The notes: generated by a model not told the origin, from the letters alone. A DNA stretch of 64,000 nt from the human T2T-CHM13v2.0 reference genome, Homo sapiens (GCF_009914755.1 NC_060929.1); one strand, 5' to 3'; shown: positions 21,472 through 39,210, counted from the first letter of the stretch. A program made the numbers and translations.

Positions 21472-22535
21472 TGATATTCTGAATGTCTGCAAGCAGGTCA
21501 AAGAAACACAAACAAGCTGACTATGTGTAAGTGGCCAAGGGTTTAGGGAAAACCAGTGTGTGCAAGCAACAGAGCTCTTGGAAGCTCCCTGGCAACTGAA
21601 CCCCCATAGATGCTTGGGGATCTCTCCACTGTAAGAATCCTGATGGAAGGACCTACTTCTCACTATAGAAGCCCATCCTTCCCTTCTGGAGGTTATGATG
21701 AGGCCAAGTGATTGATGCTGCCACTGGGACTCAGGGCCTAGGACTGGTGATGCAGAGAAGCAGGAAAAGAGAATTCATCCTGGGTAGTGGCAGCCATGAG
21801 CAGCTGTCAACAGAAGCAAAGCTGGTGCCAGCATCCAGTGGTGTTGTGATGACACTGGTATCCTCACCAGGTGGGGACTGGGGTCCATTTCCCTTGATTC
21901 TTGCTTGTTTTCCAAGTTTAATTCTTTACTTTTCTAGCAATTCTGTGGGCTACCTTGTAACCCCTAAACAAATCCTTTTTCTGCTAAACCAGTCAGAGTT
22001 GTTTTCTGATCCTAGTGAGGATCCCAACTGACTAGGCAAGGTGGGTGGTCAGTACTGCTAAGAAGAGGACTAGTCAAGACTGATCCGGGTAGAAGGCTGT
22101 AAAGGTCTCCTGAAAAGAAACTGCCTACATGTCAAGTGCAAGGGATCTGGGGACAGACCTTCCTGGATTGAACCCCAACTCTGTCATTTGCTGCCTGAGT
22201 GACCTTGGGCAAGTGATTTAACCTCTCTGAGCCTCAGTTTCATCTGTAAGAGGGGTTTGACCATAGGACCTACTCCTCATACATCCCTATCACTGATGAG
22301 ATGATTGAATTAGATGACACAAGTGGAGTTCTAGTTCAGATTCTGGCACAAAGCTGGTCTTTAGGGAATGGTAGTTATTGTAACTAACTTTAGCTCAAGA
22401 GGTGAGCTTCCTGACAGGGGACTCCATTGCAACCTTTCTTGAATCTATTCATCCTCCCTCTTTGTTCTTCATTCACAGCAGGAAGGGAAAAATTCCTGAT
22501 GTGCAGTGGGAGAAATTTAAGTTGGATCCAGGCAG

Positions 22536-22720
22536 ACATGTGCTGGTAAATGTTTAACAACCAGCTCTACAGGAAAATAAAAGCACTGATCCGCGGCATT
22601 TGCGGATTTCCACCCCTCCATGGCTGATTTCAAACAACCAACATGATGTTGCTGAACAATGGAGTTGGGACAAGATGTGTGCAATTGGCTCTTATGAGCC
22701 AGCACCAGTACACCACTGGA
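22536..22720. mobile_element. MER63A-like hAT MITE
   Basis: Termini tgtgctggtaaatgtttaacaaccagctct and ccagtacaccactgg. Confidence 0.72.
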
Positions 22721-22965
22721 CTCAGGGGAGGATACCTTTAAAATACTAGGGAGTGGGGAAAAACAGGTGGTTCCTAAGTTCTGAGGAAGACTGTCAAAAG
22801 AAATTCCTCAAGTACTGTTGAGAGGATGGGGGATGAACTCACATTATGCTTTGACTTAAAACTCCAGAGTTCTCTTTAAATGATAGCCTTTAAATCCTCC
22901 CTCCTGCTCCCACATACAGCCAGTCAGGTCTCTGGCTCTATTTCTTCCTTAAAATATCCCCTGCA

Positions 22966-23288
22966 GGCCGGGCATAGTGGCTCATGCCTGCAATCCCAGC
23001 ACTTTGGGAGGCTGATACGGGTGGATCACTTGAGGTCAGGCAGATCTTGAAAGACCAGCCTGGCCAACATGGTGAAACCCCGTCTCTACTAAAAATACAA
23101 AAATTGGCTGGGCGTGGCAGCATGTACCTGTAATTCCAGCTACTGGGAGGCTGAGGCAGGAGAATTGCTTGAACCCTGGAGGAGGAGGTTGCAGTGAGCC
23201 TAGATCATGCCACTGCACTCCAGCCTGGGCAACAGAGTGACACTGTGTCTCAAATAAAAAAAAAAAAAAAGGGAAAAAGAAAGAAATA
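22966..23288 (+). mobile_element. Alu (AluS)
   Basis: Full dimer. TSD aaaatatcccctgca. Confidence 0.94.
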
Positions 23289-26218
23289 AAATATCCCCTG
23301 CATCCATCCATCTCTTTCACTTCATGGCCCGCATGGCCACCCCAGCCCATGGGCTCAGACTGTCAACTCTGAAATACTGCTCCTTGTCCCTGCCCCTTCC
23401 CACCCATTCTGTACTAGAATGGACCAGCCATGCCACCCCTAAGCCAGCATTCATTGCATCATCCTCATTCCAGCTTCACTGCCATATGGTTCCAGGCTTG
23501 CTGTCCCATTCATTGTAAGTGCTGCTGCCTGGCTGTCCCAGCTTTCACCTGGCCCCTCAGTCTGGAAGTGGTCTATGTGTGAATCTCAGATTTCCTGCTT
23601 ACTAGTGATACGCTCTTGGGAAAATTACAGAACACTTTCTGAGCCTTCACTTCCTTACCTCTAAAATAGTGATAATGAAAGAACTTTCTTAGGGATGTTT
23701 CAAAGGTCAAACAAAATAGTTCTAAAAAAGGCTTGGTAAAATACCTGGCCCCATTGTAAATGCGGAATTGAATATTGGCTCAATGACGACTCTGATGATA
23801 AGTACTGCTAGTACTAACGGTAAATGGTAGCTAGTTGAAGGATGATTTTCCTCCTACCTGAATTCTACCCCACTCTCCTTTGCTAGTCCAATGCCACTTT
23901 TCTTTTGGCTTTAGTTCTATTTTTTCTGATATACTTTTTCTCTGCACTCATTAGCTCCTTTTTCTCTGAGCTTCTGAAGCAATTACACCCTGCAGTGGAA
24001 TATTTAATTCAATATTGCCCCTGACTATTCCCTGTTGATGTCAACCTTGTCTTCCTGGCTCATCTTTTTCAGCTTGCAGGGAGCAGCCTGTCTCTATCAT
24101 CTTCTCCCCTGGAGGGTCTTGGATCAGCAGCCTCACACCAGCAGCCAAAGCGGCTGTGGCTGTGAATGGTACTGAGCTGTGCCTGGTATTTTGCCTGCAC
24201 CATCTCATTTTATTTTTTTTCATTGAGCCAAGATTTATTGAGCACCAGCTATATACTGGGCACTGAGGCTACACAGTGAATAAGACAAGAGCCTCTGTCT
24301 TCCAGGAGCTCACAGTGTAGCCAGAGGAGCTAACCCTGAACACAAAATTACCTAAACCAATGTCCAAAGATGGACCATGCCCAAGAGCTGTGGAGGGGAA
24401 AAGAGGGTATTCCAAGAGGTTAGAGCAGGGGCCTGATTCAAAGAGGGGCAGGGGTCTAGGCAGGAGTTACTGAGGGGAAGAGATTTCCCAGGAAGCTCAT
24501 ATTCTGGGGGCCGAGTGGAATGGCTGAGTGCTGAGGACCTGAGATAGGCCCAAGCAGCTGGAGGGGCAAGCAGGAGGGAGAGCAGCCCGCAGTGACGGGC
24601 AGGCAGGCAGGGCCAGGGCCTGCAGGGCTTCCCAGGTGGGTTGGGTATTTGGGTCTCTATCCTAAAGTTGGCAAGCATTTAATTCTCAGAGATCTTAGGC
24701 AGTAGCATCCATTATCAGCTCCATTTCATAGCAGAGGAAATTGAGACCCAGAGAGATGAAGTCACTTGCCTAGGGTCACACGGCTAGTCACTAGTCAGCC
24801 ACAAAGCAAAGGCCAGCGTTGCCAAACACGCCGCCTGCTGAGTGATTGATGGCAGCACTGACCACTGTGAGCCTGCCCAGCCGGCCTTCCCAGGGGCTAT
24901 CTGGAACGCACCCTCTAATTGGAGCTTTCCTCCAAGCAGGGCCAGCCTGAGGCCCTCTCAGAAGCACTGAACCAGTTTGGTGGGAGTAGAGATGTCAGCG
25001 GTTCTGATGTCATGACTGGCTTTGAAGAGCTCAGCTCCCACTGCTGCCTCCATTCCCAGCCCCTGGGGACTGCAGTGAAACTCTCTGGGTTGTGTTTTGT
25101 TTTCCCCAGAAGTCTGGGGCCAGGGTACTGAGAAAGGGAGGAGGGTGGTTTATGGTGAGCCGTGTGATTTTTCAGGATTTAGCTGGGACATTCTTGGCCC
25201 AGAAGCCAATACTGGTACAAAGAGACCTGAGGAAGCGCCACATCCTGGTTCTCCGGGAGACAGGATGTGCTCAGGAATCTGTGAAATAGGCTGTATTTGT
25301 CTCTCAACTCCTCTGAGTCCCCTTTCGTCTAAGGCCTCCTTCCTTTCTTAGCGAGTCCCCAGGGAGATTTGGTCTGGAGCCCTTTCCTTGTGCCTCCCTG
25401 GGGCCTCAGCCTTCCCAGCCAGGCCTCCAGAGGGCCCCTCCCCAGACATTAACGATGCTACTAGGTGATGATGACACCTCCAGGGTCAGACCCCAGGCGG
25501 CAGGAATTTCAGGCACCAAATGGAGGTGGCTTTTTGGCCCCCCCGAGTCAACCTGTCACTCTGAGGAGAGAATTCTTTTTATTTCCAGAGTCTTCGATGG
25601 TAGGCAGATTTATTTTCATCCAACATTAAAACCCCTCGGTTTGTGGAGAGGAAGGAGCTTGAAGCTCAGTGTGCCAGAGGGGCCAACGGAGCAGGGAGAG
25701 ATGGGAAGAAAATGAGACAAGTAACCCTCTTGCCTGGCGTCCTGCCAGGGAAAGTCCTCTGCTCAACCCTGATCCTGGCCCTTCTGGCACGGCATGACCA
25801 GAGGCCCTGGGTCAGGCTGCCCTTTATGGCCTTCCCATGGCCCTTCCTTCCAGCCACTTGACCAAATGCCCCTGCATGCGAGGGGGGTGCGCTGCTCTCC
25901 AGCTGGTTTGCCAAGGACCCCTACTCCCACCTCCCTCCATAAAAAACTCAGCACCTCTGGGGCCAGAAGAGGACGTGCAGCAAATTCCCACCAACAATTT
26001 TGTCTGAGGGACAGGAAGGTTTGCTGACTTGTCGCCCTAAGGATTCGCTCTTTGCTTTTCCTTTTGCAGTTTGGAATCTATCTGTTCGCAGCTTCCCTTT
26101 GGCTGCACCATGTTGTGGGTCTTAGGCTCCATCAGCATTTGGTCAGGACAAGTTGGCCCATGGTTTCTCTGATGCAGAAATGGTGTCAACAGGTCCCAGG
26201 AGCCAGCGATCTGAGCCT

Positions 26219-26243
26219 GCACACACACACACACACACACACC
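26219..26243 (+). repeat. (CA)n microsatellite
   Basis: Run of about 12 CA units. Confidence 0.9.
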
Positions 26244-26915
26244 CCCACACCCACCCATCCCCGCAAACAATGCCTTCAGCTCACCCTGACCTCCCTGTCT
26301 TCTTTGTATCCTTCCTGACTTTTTCTGTCCTCTTTACCCCACTCTAGCTCAGGGCCTTCCTGGCTAATCTCTGACCTGTACTCTGCCTCTCTAATCCATC
26401 CTGTAAATGGCTAGCACATTAATTTTCCTAATAATAATTATAGCTAACATTTGGTGAGCGTGTTCTGTGAGTCCGGTGTACCAGAAACTTGCATTAAGTT
26501 GTCGAGTATTATATCCATTTTGTAGTTGAGGAAACAGACAGGTTGAGTAATTTGCCTAAAGTCAGATAGCTAATAAGTGGCAGTACTGGGATTTGAACAA
26601 AGTCAGTCTGGATGCAGAGCCTGCGTGCTGATCATCACTAACGCTGAATTTCTTTTTAAACCCTTTTCTAAGTGTTTATGATGAATAAAGCATTAGGCCA
26701 GGTACTGAGGCCATTTAAACATGAGTAAGATTAAACTTGCTTCCTCCTGCAGTTCTGGCCCCAGGGAGTTGACTTGTCTGGGAAGACGAGTAAGACGAGT
26801 CCAGAAACGGCCTATGCAGGAGAGGGTAGAGAACCTTTCACAGAGAATGTGCACACAGAAGGCCTTTCCTACAGAGGATGGAGAAACCACATCTGGTTTG
26901 TGAGAATCAAAAGTT

Positions 26916-27440
<525 letters not shown>

Positions 27441-27723
27441 TCAGGGTCCTGGGGGTGAGGAAGCACCAGATGGGAGCAAAGAGGGTGAATGTGATGCCCG
27501 GGAACCACAGGACAAACCGAGATAGAAATGCCCTGACCACAAGACACAGATCCCTGAAAACTCAACATGGAATTAAGGTTTAGTTTTATTTTAAGACAAT
27601 GGGCTCTGGACTGTCTGAGTTCTCATTTCTGCTCTAGCACTTACCAGCCCTGTAATCAAGGCAAATAACGCAACCTCCCCCTTGCCCACATATCAGTTTC
27701 CTCATCTGAAAAGCGGGCAAATT

Positions 27724-28046
27724 CAGGGCTAGGACCAGGGAAGGTGAGCAAGACAGGTGCTGTGAGTATAAAATTTAAGGGATACCCCCTAAAACCTCAG
27801 TCATCAAGATGAATAATACTTAAATGCAATATTTTTAGAGAGTCAAAATCAAGGCAAAAAAATCTGCGATGAACAAAGCATCAAACATTTAAATAAAGGA
27901 AACTCATACCAAGCCAGCCCGGAGCCTGAAGCAAAAGAAAAAATCAGTAATAATGATCCTGTCTTAAGATAAAGGCACGTAGGCCGGGCACAGTGGCTCA
28001 CACCTGTAATCCCAACACACTCATCTCACCTTGGTCCTGGCCCTGA
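27724..28046. mobile_element. hAT MITE (MER96B-like) containing a ~36-bp Alu 5' remnant
   Basis: Terminal inverted repeats cagggctaggaccag and ttggtcctggccctg. Alu head ggccgggcacagtggctcacacctgtaatcccaacac at ~27982-28018. Confidence 0.65.
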
Positions 28047-29789
28047 TTTGTAACACTAGGTATTGGGTGGCTGCAAGGATTAGACAAGATCGTGCATGTT
28101 AAGTGCTGAGCGTGCATCTGGCAGGAAGTTCCTTGTAGAACTTGGGGATCCAAGGCCTGTGTTTTGAGGTGAGATGGAGCTGTGTTTGAACACCTGCTCC
28201 ACCACTTCCCAGCCATGAGACTTGGGCCACAGCCTGTTTCCTCATCTATAAATGGTGAGAGCACCTTGTTTGCCGGGGCTGTTGGATGACATGGGATGAA
28301 AAAGGCAAACTGTCTCACACGATGCCTGGCACAGAGAGTCAAACGATCATGCTTGTAGCAGATGCCTGCGTTCGCCAGCAAGCATATGTTGTACCTGCAC
28401 ATGGAGGCTTTCTGCTTGCTCCTGGTAGATTATTGCACTTGCCGGCTTTTCTTTTCTAATAATTTTTCATTTTATTATTGGGGCGCGAGATTTAGCTGTG
28501 TTCCATGGGTCTAGCCGCCAAGTCCTGCAGTCTCGCTGTATTCCTCTGTGCCATTCACCCCTGCGACCCTCTGTGGTGCTGCTCCTGACCAGACTTCCAA
28601 ACTCACAGGGACCTGGCTGCCCTGACTAGCAGCCCTGTCCACCCCTACCTTTTCTCTACCCAGGCCAGAACTGGGTTCTGGGCTGGATTATTTGGTGGTA
28701 TTATCACCTAAATGATGGAGTCCTTGGCCTGGCCTTCACAAGGCTCAGAGAGCCCTATTCATTCCAAGCTGTCACTCCCCCTTGCTCTGTGCCGCTGCTC
28801 TGCTTCCCCACCACCCCTCTACCTCTTTGGTGGGAACACTGCCCCCTTCCCCAGGTATTGGCCGCCCACCTATGACATCTTCCTTTGTGGTGCAGCTGTA
28901 GGTGCTCTTTGCTTGTTCCCAGACCGAACCACTGGCATAAAATGCCATTGTCATTAAAGCAATCCCTTAAAAAATCTACCCTGCCACTGCCTAGCCACAG
29001 GAGGAGGTCCCAGAATGTTACCTGTGAGACCAGAGGAGCCATTTCCCATTGTATTACCCTCAAGGCCTTCTCAGAAATGTAGCCTGGAGCCTGGACAGGA
29101 GGTAACATGGTGCTTCTCCCACATTCTGAGGGTTCCCAGAGGTAGGCCAGCCTGGGCTAGAGTCCGGGCTCCACCTCTTAGTAGTTGTGTGACCTGATCA
29201 AGTCACTGAATGCTCTAGCCTGTGTCCTCATCTGCAAAAATGTGCTGATCTCAATGGCTTGCTGTGAGGGCAAAACAGGAAATCAGTGTTTGCACCCATG
29301 TTATTTATTTGTATTAACTCATTTGGTTAGAACATAAATTGGAAATAATCCCCTCACTTATGTGACAAAAACATACTTGGCATGTACTATGTGCGAGGTA
29401 ATGTTCAAGGTTGTATGAGGAGACCAGGCGCAGTGGCTCATGCCTGTAATCCCAGCACATTGGGAGGCCCAGGCAGGAGGATAGCTTGAGCCCAGGAGTT
29501 TGAGACCAGCTTGGGCAACAGAGCAAGCTGTTTATTAAAAATAAATGAATACATAATTTATTTAAATTAAAAATAATAGTAACTTAATTAAGTTTAAAAA
29601 GTTCTATGAGGAGATCTAAGGATAAGATACAAATCCTGCACCTTGCAGTGATCAAATGGAGGAGGAAAGAAATATGAGCAAAAGACTGTATGGCAAAATA
29701 GAACTGTGAGGTGTCTGACACTTAGTAGGCACTCAGAAATATTGGTTGAATAAATCAAAGAAAGAAAACCAGGCAGACATTAAAAATTA

Positions 29790-30100
<311 letters not shown>

Positions 30101-30821
30101 TTAGGAGATGTTTTGTGAGCAATCAAGCAAGGCTCCCTGGAAGAGGATGAATTTAAGCTGTCAGAGGTCAACATCATTTTAAAAGGGTTTTTGTTTTGTT
30201 TTATTGTTGTTGTTGTTTAGCAGGCACCAGAGATACAGCAAAGTATATGAGAGATACTCTTCATAACTTCAAGGAGTTTACACTTTATGGGGAACATGAG
30301 TAATAGCAAATACTTCAGACTCACTAATTAATCTCCCCAAGTATAATAAGTGCAAGGCAGCGGTACAGGGTGCTGGGGGACTATAAACTGAAACACAAGA
30401 ACTGAGCACTGAATTTTTCTTTCTTTCCTGCTGTATTTATAAGCTAGATCTGACGGATTTTTTTTTTAATTTACAAATAAATTTCAAGCTTTATCTCTTT
30501 TTTTGAATAGGTATTACTTGCATATGATACAAAATTTAAAAACACAAAAGGGTAGAGCATGAAAAGTCTCCACACATCCCTTCCCCAGAGGCCAGTGATG
30601 TTGGAATTCCTTGTGTATCTTTCCAGAAATAGTCTCCCCACAGTCAAACAAACTCATGTATAATTACAGAAGTGGGAGCATGCCATACTCACCAATTAAC
30701 GCTTATTTTTCTTGGAGATTGTTCCATATTGGAACAAAATCTCTATGGCTGCATAATACTCCACTGTGTTCTATCACAATTTGTTTAATTAATAACCCAT
30801 TGGTGGACTTGTAGTGTTTTA

Positions 30822-31103
30822 TTGTTGTTGTTGTTGTTTTTTGAGATGGAATCTCGCTGTCGTTACCCAGGCTGGAGTGCAATGGCGCAATCTCAGCTCA
30901 CCACAACCTTCGCCTCCCCGGTTCAAGCAATTAGCTGGGTGTGGTGTCAGGCGCGTGTAATTCCAGCTACTCAGGAGGCTGAGGCAGGAGAATCACTTGA
31001 ATCCAGGAGGCGATGGTTGCAGTGAGCCGAGATCGTGCCATTGCACTCCAGCTGGGCCACAAGAGTGACACTCCGTCTCAAAAAAAAAAAAACAAAAAAA
31101 AAA
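30822..31103. mobile_element. Fused inverted Alu right arms
   Basis: An antisense Alu 3' part is joined directly to a sense Alu right arm at aatt (30929-30932). Confidence 0.85.
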
Positions 31104-31214
31104 GAAGGGACTAAGGAGGAGTGTTCAAGGTGGAAGAAACAACATGTGCGAAGTCACAGCATTTTCTGCAAACCTCCAGGAACATTTGCATGGCTCACAT
31201 ATCTGCTCTTTCTA

Positions 31215-31856
<642 letters not shown>

Positions 31857-32785
31857 CACCTGCTAGTTTTTGAAGGAAGAGAACAATCTTTAGGCATAAG
31901 TTAATCTATATGTGCTCAGTGACCAGCCGGGCCTGGTACACAGTGGAGCCTGTGAATGTACAGCAGAACTGTCCGACCCATGGCCAGGCCCTTCTCTGTG
32001 GCTCCTATCCTTTCCTGCAAACACTCCTCAGCCTCACTCTCCCCAGCTGTGCCCTGGGGGCTTTGTTTGCTGAAACATTTGAGCCCTTGATACCAAGCCC
32101 CAATTACCCAAGAGAAAACTATTGCCTCTTTAAAGAGGCAATTCAAAAGCCCAAGACTTTTTATAAATAGCTCATATCCTTTCACCAGCCCTTAAGGCTA
32201 CAATTTATGGCCCATTTCCCCAAAGGCAGACAGACCTACAGACAGGTTACTTCCCTTAGAGTCCAGGTTCCTACAATTGTGGGATGCTCCCACTTCCTTT
32301 TTGCATTTTATGACCTCCTGGCTGGCTAATCCTGAAATGGGTTACATGGGAAGGAGGCAAATCGTGGAATTGTGCAGGGCTGCAGCTGCCTCGGAAACAA
32401 GAGTTCACACCAGACACAGGAAAAGGCTGGCGGGTGGTGGGGAAGGCCCAGCAGGCTGGCCCCTCGGCTGTGGCTGGCCGTTGTGGTATCCAGAACATTT
32501 CTGCAGCAAGACAGACCGAGAGTGGAGGCCTCAGTATGATAGGTTCCCTGTGGAGTTTACCACAGAGGGGCAGACAAGAGGCCAAAAACAAAACAAAACA
32601 AACAAACAAACAAACAAAAAAACAAAAAACAAGCCACACACACAGTCAGTCCAGTGGCAATGCAGCAATATTCATGAGAAGCCACTCATCATACACACAC
32701 AGTGCTTTGATTTTTAGAAATGAAAGAGAAATGAAAATGAAAGAGAAATGCCTTTCATTAATTATTACAGAACTCCAGTGAATAG

Positions 32786-33090
32786 GTTTTCTTTTCTTTT
32801 CTTTTCTTCTGAGACAGGGTCTTGCTCTGTCGCCGAGGCTGGAGTGCGTGGCACGATCTTGGCTCACTGCAACCTCCGCCTCCTGGGTTCAAGTGATTCT
32901 CCTGCCTCAGCTCCTGAGTAGGTGGGATTACAAGCATGCACCACCACACATGGCTAATTTTTTTGTATTTTACTAGAGATGAGGTTTCACCATGTTGGCC
33001 AGGCTGGTCTCAAACTGCTGACCTCAAGTGATCCGCCTGCCTTCGCCTCCCAAAGTGCTGGGATTACAGACGCGAGCCACCATACCTGGC
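32786..33090 (-). mobile_element. Alu (AluS)
   Basis: Antisense dimer. Confidence 0.92.
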
Positions 33091-35915
33091 TGTGAGTAGG
33101 TCTTCTGACATCCTTCTGACGAATGAGGAAACAGCTCCAGAGACTAGTCTGGGTTGCACAGCCAGAAGGCGGCAGAACCATATCCTGATCCTGGCTTCAA
33201 AGGCAGAGTTAGGGGCTGGAGGCCATCAGAGCAATGAGAGGTAAGGAAAGAGAGTAGCTTTTGGGATGGGTGGACCAGCTTTCAATAGACTGCAAAAAGT
33301 GAAAGAGTGCTGTAGCAGGGGACACAGCAGAAAGGGCAAGTCCTGTCGGAGGACGACGCCAGCAATAGCCTGGCCCAGGGTGTGGGAAGGCACAAGCCTC
33401 TTGCTGATATTTCTCACGGGTCTCCTCCATTGCACACCAGCCTCCCTCCTTCTCCACAACCTTTTCTCTAGTTCATTCTTTCTCACCCAGATAGTAAGGC
33501 AGCATCCAGGAGTACAGGCTGTGAGTTCAAATCCCTTTTACCAGCTATGTGGCTTTGGGCAATTGGCATATCCTCTCTGGTCCTCCTTTTCCTCATCTCT
33601 AAAATGAGCTTGGTAACAGCAGGATTGGGGCGAGCACTGGCCTCAACAACGATCGCTGATACTATACAATTCCCATGACTGTTGCCTTTTCAGTGCTCCC
33701 CTTTCCCAAGTACAGCTCATAACTCGCTTGCCCTGCTCAGAAAACCAGCACTGTTCTTTTAGTATTCAAGGCCCTGTAAGCTCTGATCCGACTTTCCCCA
33801 GCTTTACTCTGGCCCTCAGTTACCTTGTTCAGTCGATGGTCTGAAATCCTCAGAGAGGGGACATGATGGCATGAATTCCCTGACACCATGGAAAGAATAT
33901 CAGCATAGGAGTCGAGAAAAGCCAGTATGCACAGCCTGTTTCTTCCAGCAATCCCATGTGAGGAGGGCACCTCACTTCCTGGAGTGCCAGCGGCCTTGCC
34001 TGTAGGGAAGGGTCCCATTCCTCTACTGGCTGCTTTGAGAGACTGGTACCATGGCATGCTTCACTTTCTGGGCATCATGGATGCCTTTGCAGAGTGTTTA
34101 CATTTCTTCATTTCAACAAATGGTGCCTTCATTCCATGTCATCCATGTAAAAGGGCTCTATGAAAAACCCGGAATCAAGGGGCCCAGCAGTGTAACTTAC
34201 ATTATCGCCTTGCATTTAGCGTTGCCACCAAGCATGAGTATTGTCCCCCCAGTTGGATGGCCAGGCTTCCAGAGGGCAGGCTCTACGTCTGTCGGGTTCA
34301 TCCCAGCTCCCAGGCCTGACAAATAGTCAGTGCTCAACAAATATTTATTGGATAAATTAATTATGGAAGAGAAGCCTTGAGCACTATACTCAGTGTCCAG
34401 GGAGCATGTTTGAAACTGTACTGTGCATCTCAAAGGCCTTTGGCAGTAAACTCATGTTCCTACGAGTATGACGGTGAATGATAATCAACAGGTCACAGCC
34501 ATGTGACCTGGAGAGCAGTGATTAAAGAGTATGTTTGTATTAGAGATAGGGGACCCGTTGTCTGAGCAGCTCTCCTCAGCCCCGCTCTGGCCCTCTCTCT
34601 TCCTCTGAGGGAATGGAACTAACTGTTACAGTGTGCCTTCTAGCTCCTCTGTCCTTGGTATTTTACTGCCAACATCCCTCTTAATCCCAACAGCAATCAA
34701 GTCAGATGAGAATTATGATACCCATTTTACAGATGATGAAACTGAAGCGAAGAAGGGATGAGGAACTGGTCTAAGGTTCCCTACCCAGTGGATGCAGAGC
34801 TGGGATTTGAACCCAAGGCCACCCATGAAACCCACATTCTTTGGACTACTCCATCCTTCCTGTTTTGTGGCCTTCAAGCAGCACATCTACTATTCTTTTC
34901 TCAGCACCCATTTCCTAGGCTAACAGGACCACCTATGAAAGACCAGACCAACTCAGTTTGTTTCCAGCCTTGGACAAGCCCAACCCGCTCTGTGCGCTGG
35001 GTGCTAGCAGCACTCGGCCATGTGTCTCCGACAGTCCCTGAAGGGGTTGAAACTCAGGGCAAGTGGAAACTTCCCCCAATGTGGTGTTCAGAGATGGAAT
35101 TTTTTTCTCTCTCTCCTGATTTTGGAAGAGTGAGGATGGAGGCTGCAGTCTGTGCTCTGCTCCTCGGGGTTTGATGATTTATTCATCAGGTGGCTTTGGT
35201 ACGTACATTCCTCTGCAGGAATTTGTTGTAGAGGGAAGTGGAGAGGCAAGGAAATCCACGGGGCTTGCACACCATGCCCCCCCAACCCTCAACCAGAGGT
35301 GAACAAAGACAAGTCTCCAGGGGAAAATGAGATCTGCACCACCCCCCGCCCCCGCCAAGCTGGGTGCTTGATAGGCAGAGATAGCATCAGGGCAGCAGGA
35401 AGCAATTAGCTGCCATTGTATTACTTAGGCTGGAGCCAGAGGGAGGTTAGGGATTCGGGGTGGGAGATCTGCAAGTTTATTAGCTCTCCAGCCCTTTTAC
35501 ACACAAGTGTACACTAATCCCCTTGAGCTCTGGGTTGGCTAAGCCAATAGTAAGGTCAAGTTGATTTGCTTCATTCCTTCCTTCCTTTCTTCCTTCCTTC
35601 CTTTTAGTTTGAATACTGGCTTCACCATTTACTATTTGGGTGGTAATTTGCTTAAACTTTGAAGGCCTCAGTTTTCTTATCTGTAAAATGACAAAAAATA
35701 ATAGTGCCTCATGGTTTTGTGGGGAGGCTTAGGTGATGAGCTAATCCATTTCAAGTGTTTGGCATCTGGCCTGGCATATAAAAGGAACACCCTGAATGTC
35801 AGCTTTTACTATTACTATTGTTGACTTAGCAAACAGTGATCATTAACCCACTGTGTGCCATGCATTGTGTTAAGTGTTAGTGTGGTCCTGCCTTCCAGTA
35901 ACACTCGACTAGTAA

Positions 35916-36646
<731 letters not shown>

Positions 36647-37111
36647 AAGGGGATGGACATTAAACAAACAGTTATAACACAGCATGGTCAATGAAGTGCA
36701 GACAAATGCACTTACCACATGTCAGGCACTCTTTGAAGGTCATTACTTACCTTATTTAATCTTCACAACTGTCTCATGAAGCAGGTACTATTTTCTCCCT
36801 CCTTTTAGATGCAGAGACTAAAATGCAAGAGGGGTTAAGTAACCTCCCTACACCACCCAGCTGCTGTTGGAGGTGGGATGAGAAACCAGGCAGCCTACAC
36901 TAAGTGGCAGAGGGACACCTGACCAGCTTGACACAGGAGAGGCTGCATGGAGGAAAAGATGACCGAGTTGACCTTGAAGGTCAAGTACATCAAGTAGGAA
37001 TGAATAGGAGGCAGGGGATTCCAGGCAGAGGGAGCAGCATGTGGAAGTTTCTCTCTGCTGTGCAAAGCTCAGAGTTTAACCTGGTTTCCTTTGTCTTTAA
37101 AATGGGAGTCA

Positions 37112-37404
<293 letters not shown>

Positions 37405-37784
37405 GGGAGGAGTCACTTTGTAGTGATAATAATTGTGAGGATGAACAAATGTATATATAATATGTAAAGTGCCTTACACAGTGCCGTGGTGCATGAACGC
37501 CCAGTAAATTCATTCATTTGTTCATTTGTTCATTCAACACATTTTTATTAAGCACCTACCATAAGCCAGCTTCCTGGGCACTGGGAATATAATGGTGAGC
37601 AAAGACAAACTCCTTGCCCTCATAGAGCTTACATTCTAGTAGACAAGACAGACAATAAACACCTAAAGTAAAAAATGTAAATATAAAATAAGAGCAGGTA
37701 GTGATGAAATATAAACTAGGCTAAGGGGAGGTGGGAGGTTGAAAGGTGGACTATTTTGGACAGGGAGGTCAGATAAGCCCTTTC

Positions 37785-38307
<523 letters not shown>

Positions 38308-38499
38308 TCAGGGACAGGTCACTTGGAGCCCATGGGCCACTACGTGGACTTTAGACACTGTTTTAAAGGAAAAGAGAAGGCATGGGGATGTGGGGGAGAG
38401 GGGGTTGAGCGGAGGAGTAACTTCTGATTTTGTGCTAGGTGTTAGGTATGGCTCCAGCCTCCCAGCGCCACCCAATCTAATGAGAGATGACTGTTATGC

Positions 38500-38831
<332 letters not shown>

Positions 38832-39210
38832 TAAGTGAAACAATAGACAAATCAGAATGCTAGGACTTCCTATGCCAGGCACTCTTGGAAGGCTGTGACT
38901 TCTTTTATGTCATTTTCACAAGTGTCTCATGAGGGGGGTACCATTACTCTCTCCCCTGTTCAGATGCAGAGACTGAAGAGCAGAGGGGTGAAGTAGCCCA
39001 AGGCCACCCTGCTGGTAAACGCTCCCAGCTGATTCCCTCGGGGAGGCAGGGGGAGACCTGTTTAGAGATAATCCAGAGAGAGAATGGTGGCTTGGAGGAT
39101 GGTGGCAGATGTGGAGATGGTGAGAACTGATAGGATTCTGGATCTGTTTTGGCAGAGGTGGTGAGAACAGATCCAATCATTTGAATGTACACCTTTAATT
39201 TTCAATACAC

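Noticed and set aside
28431-28446. tattgcacttgccggc, which resembles miR-92a-3p (UAUUGCACUUGUCCCGGCC)
   Set aside because: The match needs a 2-nt gap, and no complementary 5p arm or pre-miRNA hairpin flanks it. Probably chance.
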